Shown here one piece after another: positions 63,366 to 64,000 of a stretch of DNA of 64,000 bases. The stretch lies in assembly GCF_009914755.1 (NCBI RefSeq), contig NC_060939.1; one strand, given 5' to 3'. The position numbers were made by a program, and so were the translations under genes. The notes under the pieces were generated by a model. The model was not told where the DNA came from. It made no database searches and saw only the letters and a program-made list of their open reading frames with translations. Every line of letters begins with the position of its first letter. The stretch's first letter is position 1. This DNA comes from the human T2T-CHM13v2.0 reference genome, Homo sapiens.

Positions 63366-63689
63366 ATAAATACCAGAGGAAGTAGCAAAATCAGCTTAAA
63401 GAGATGGCCTCTGGGAATTAGAACTCAAAGGCAAGAAAGGAAAGGGAAGAGTAAATGGTTTTTGATATAAGCCTTTTATTATCATTTTGTTCTTTTTTCT
63501 TCTTTTCTTGTTTTACTGAGGATTTCTTGATCCAGATACCATTTTGTTCTTAACTCTGTGTATCTAGTACTTTGATCAGAATTAAATATAATGTTATTAG
63601 TTCTGGAGACCTGTTGTACAGCATGATGACTATAGTTAATAATAACGTATGCTTGAAAATTGCTAAGAAAGTAGATTTTTCGCTTTTAT

Positions 63690-63992
63690 TATTATTTTTT
63701 TCTTTTTTTTTTTGAGACGGAGTCTCGCTCTGTCACCCAGGCTGGCGTGCAGTGGTACAATTTCGGCTCACTGCAACCTCCGCCTCCCGGGTTCAAGCAA
63801 GTCTCTGCCTCAGCCTCCCAAGTAGCTGGGATTACAGGCATCTGCCAGCAGGCCTGGCCAATTTTTGTATTTTTAGTAGAGACGGGTTTTCACCATTTTG
63901 GCCAGGCTGGTCCTGAATTCCTGACCTCATGATCCACCTGCCTCAGCCTCCCAAAGTGCTGGCATTATAGGTGTGAGCCACCACGCCCGGCT
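63690..63992 (-). mobile_element. AluS
   Basis: Full dimer. Confidence 0.92.
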
Positions 63993-64000
63993 ATTTTTAT

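Overview
Primate, almost certainly human, genomic DNA. It is Alu-dense and contains no prokaryotic features. Most of the window (5209-49177, minus strand) is an intron-containing duplicated copy of UBE2Q2, the RWD-domain ubiquitin-conjugating E2. I traced homologues of coding exons 1-6 and 8-11 by hand, plus an extra 150-nt cassette exon. Exon 7 was not found. Exons 1-6 contain no stop codons, whereas the UBC-domain exons 8-11 carry stops, a dead donor and a catalytic Cys->Tyr change. A CpG island at ~48.6-49.6 kb holds exon 1. On its other side, on the plus strand, is a lone intact SIN3A exon (56379-56552) in a block whose left junction appears to be an AluY that truncates an LTR2. The window therefore looks like a mosaic segmental duplication. 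From memory it is most like the UBE2Q2P1/LINC00933 locus at 15q25.2; this is not verified. The main observation is that three separate lesions (a +2 nt shifted exon-5 donor, loss of exon 7 and a 1-nt shifted exon-8 acceptor) cancel out, giving a continuous spliced ORF of 224 aa. All comparisons to parental UBE2Q2/SIN3A and all repeat subfamily names come from recall rather than alignment, and repeat boundaries are approximate.
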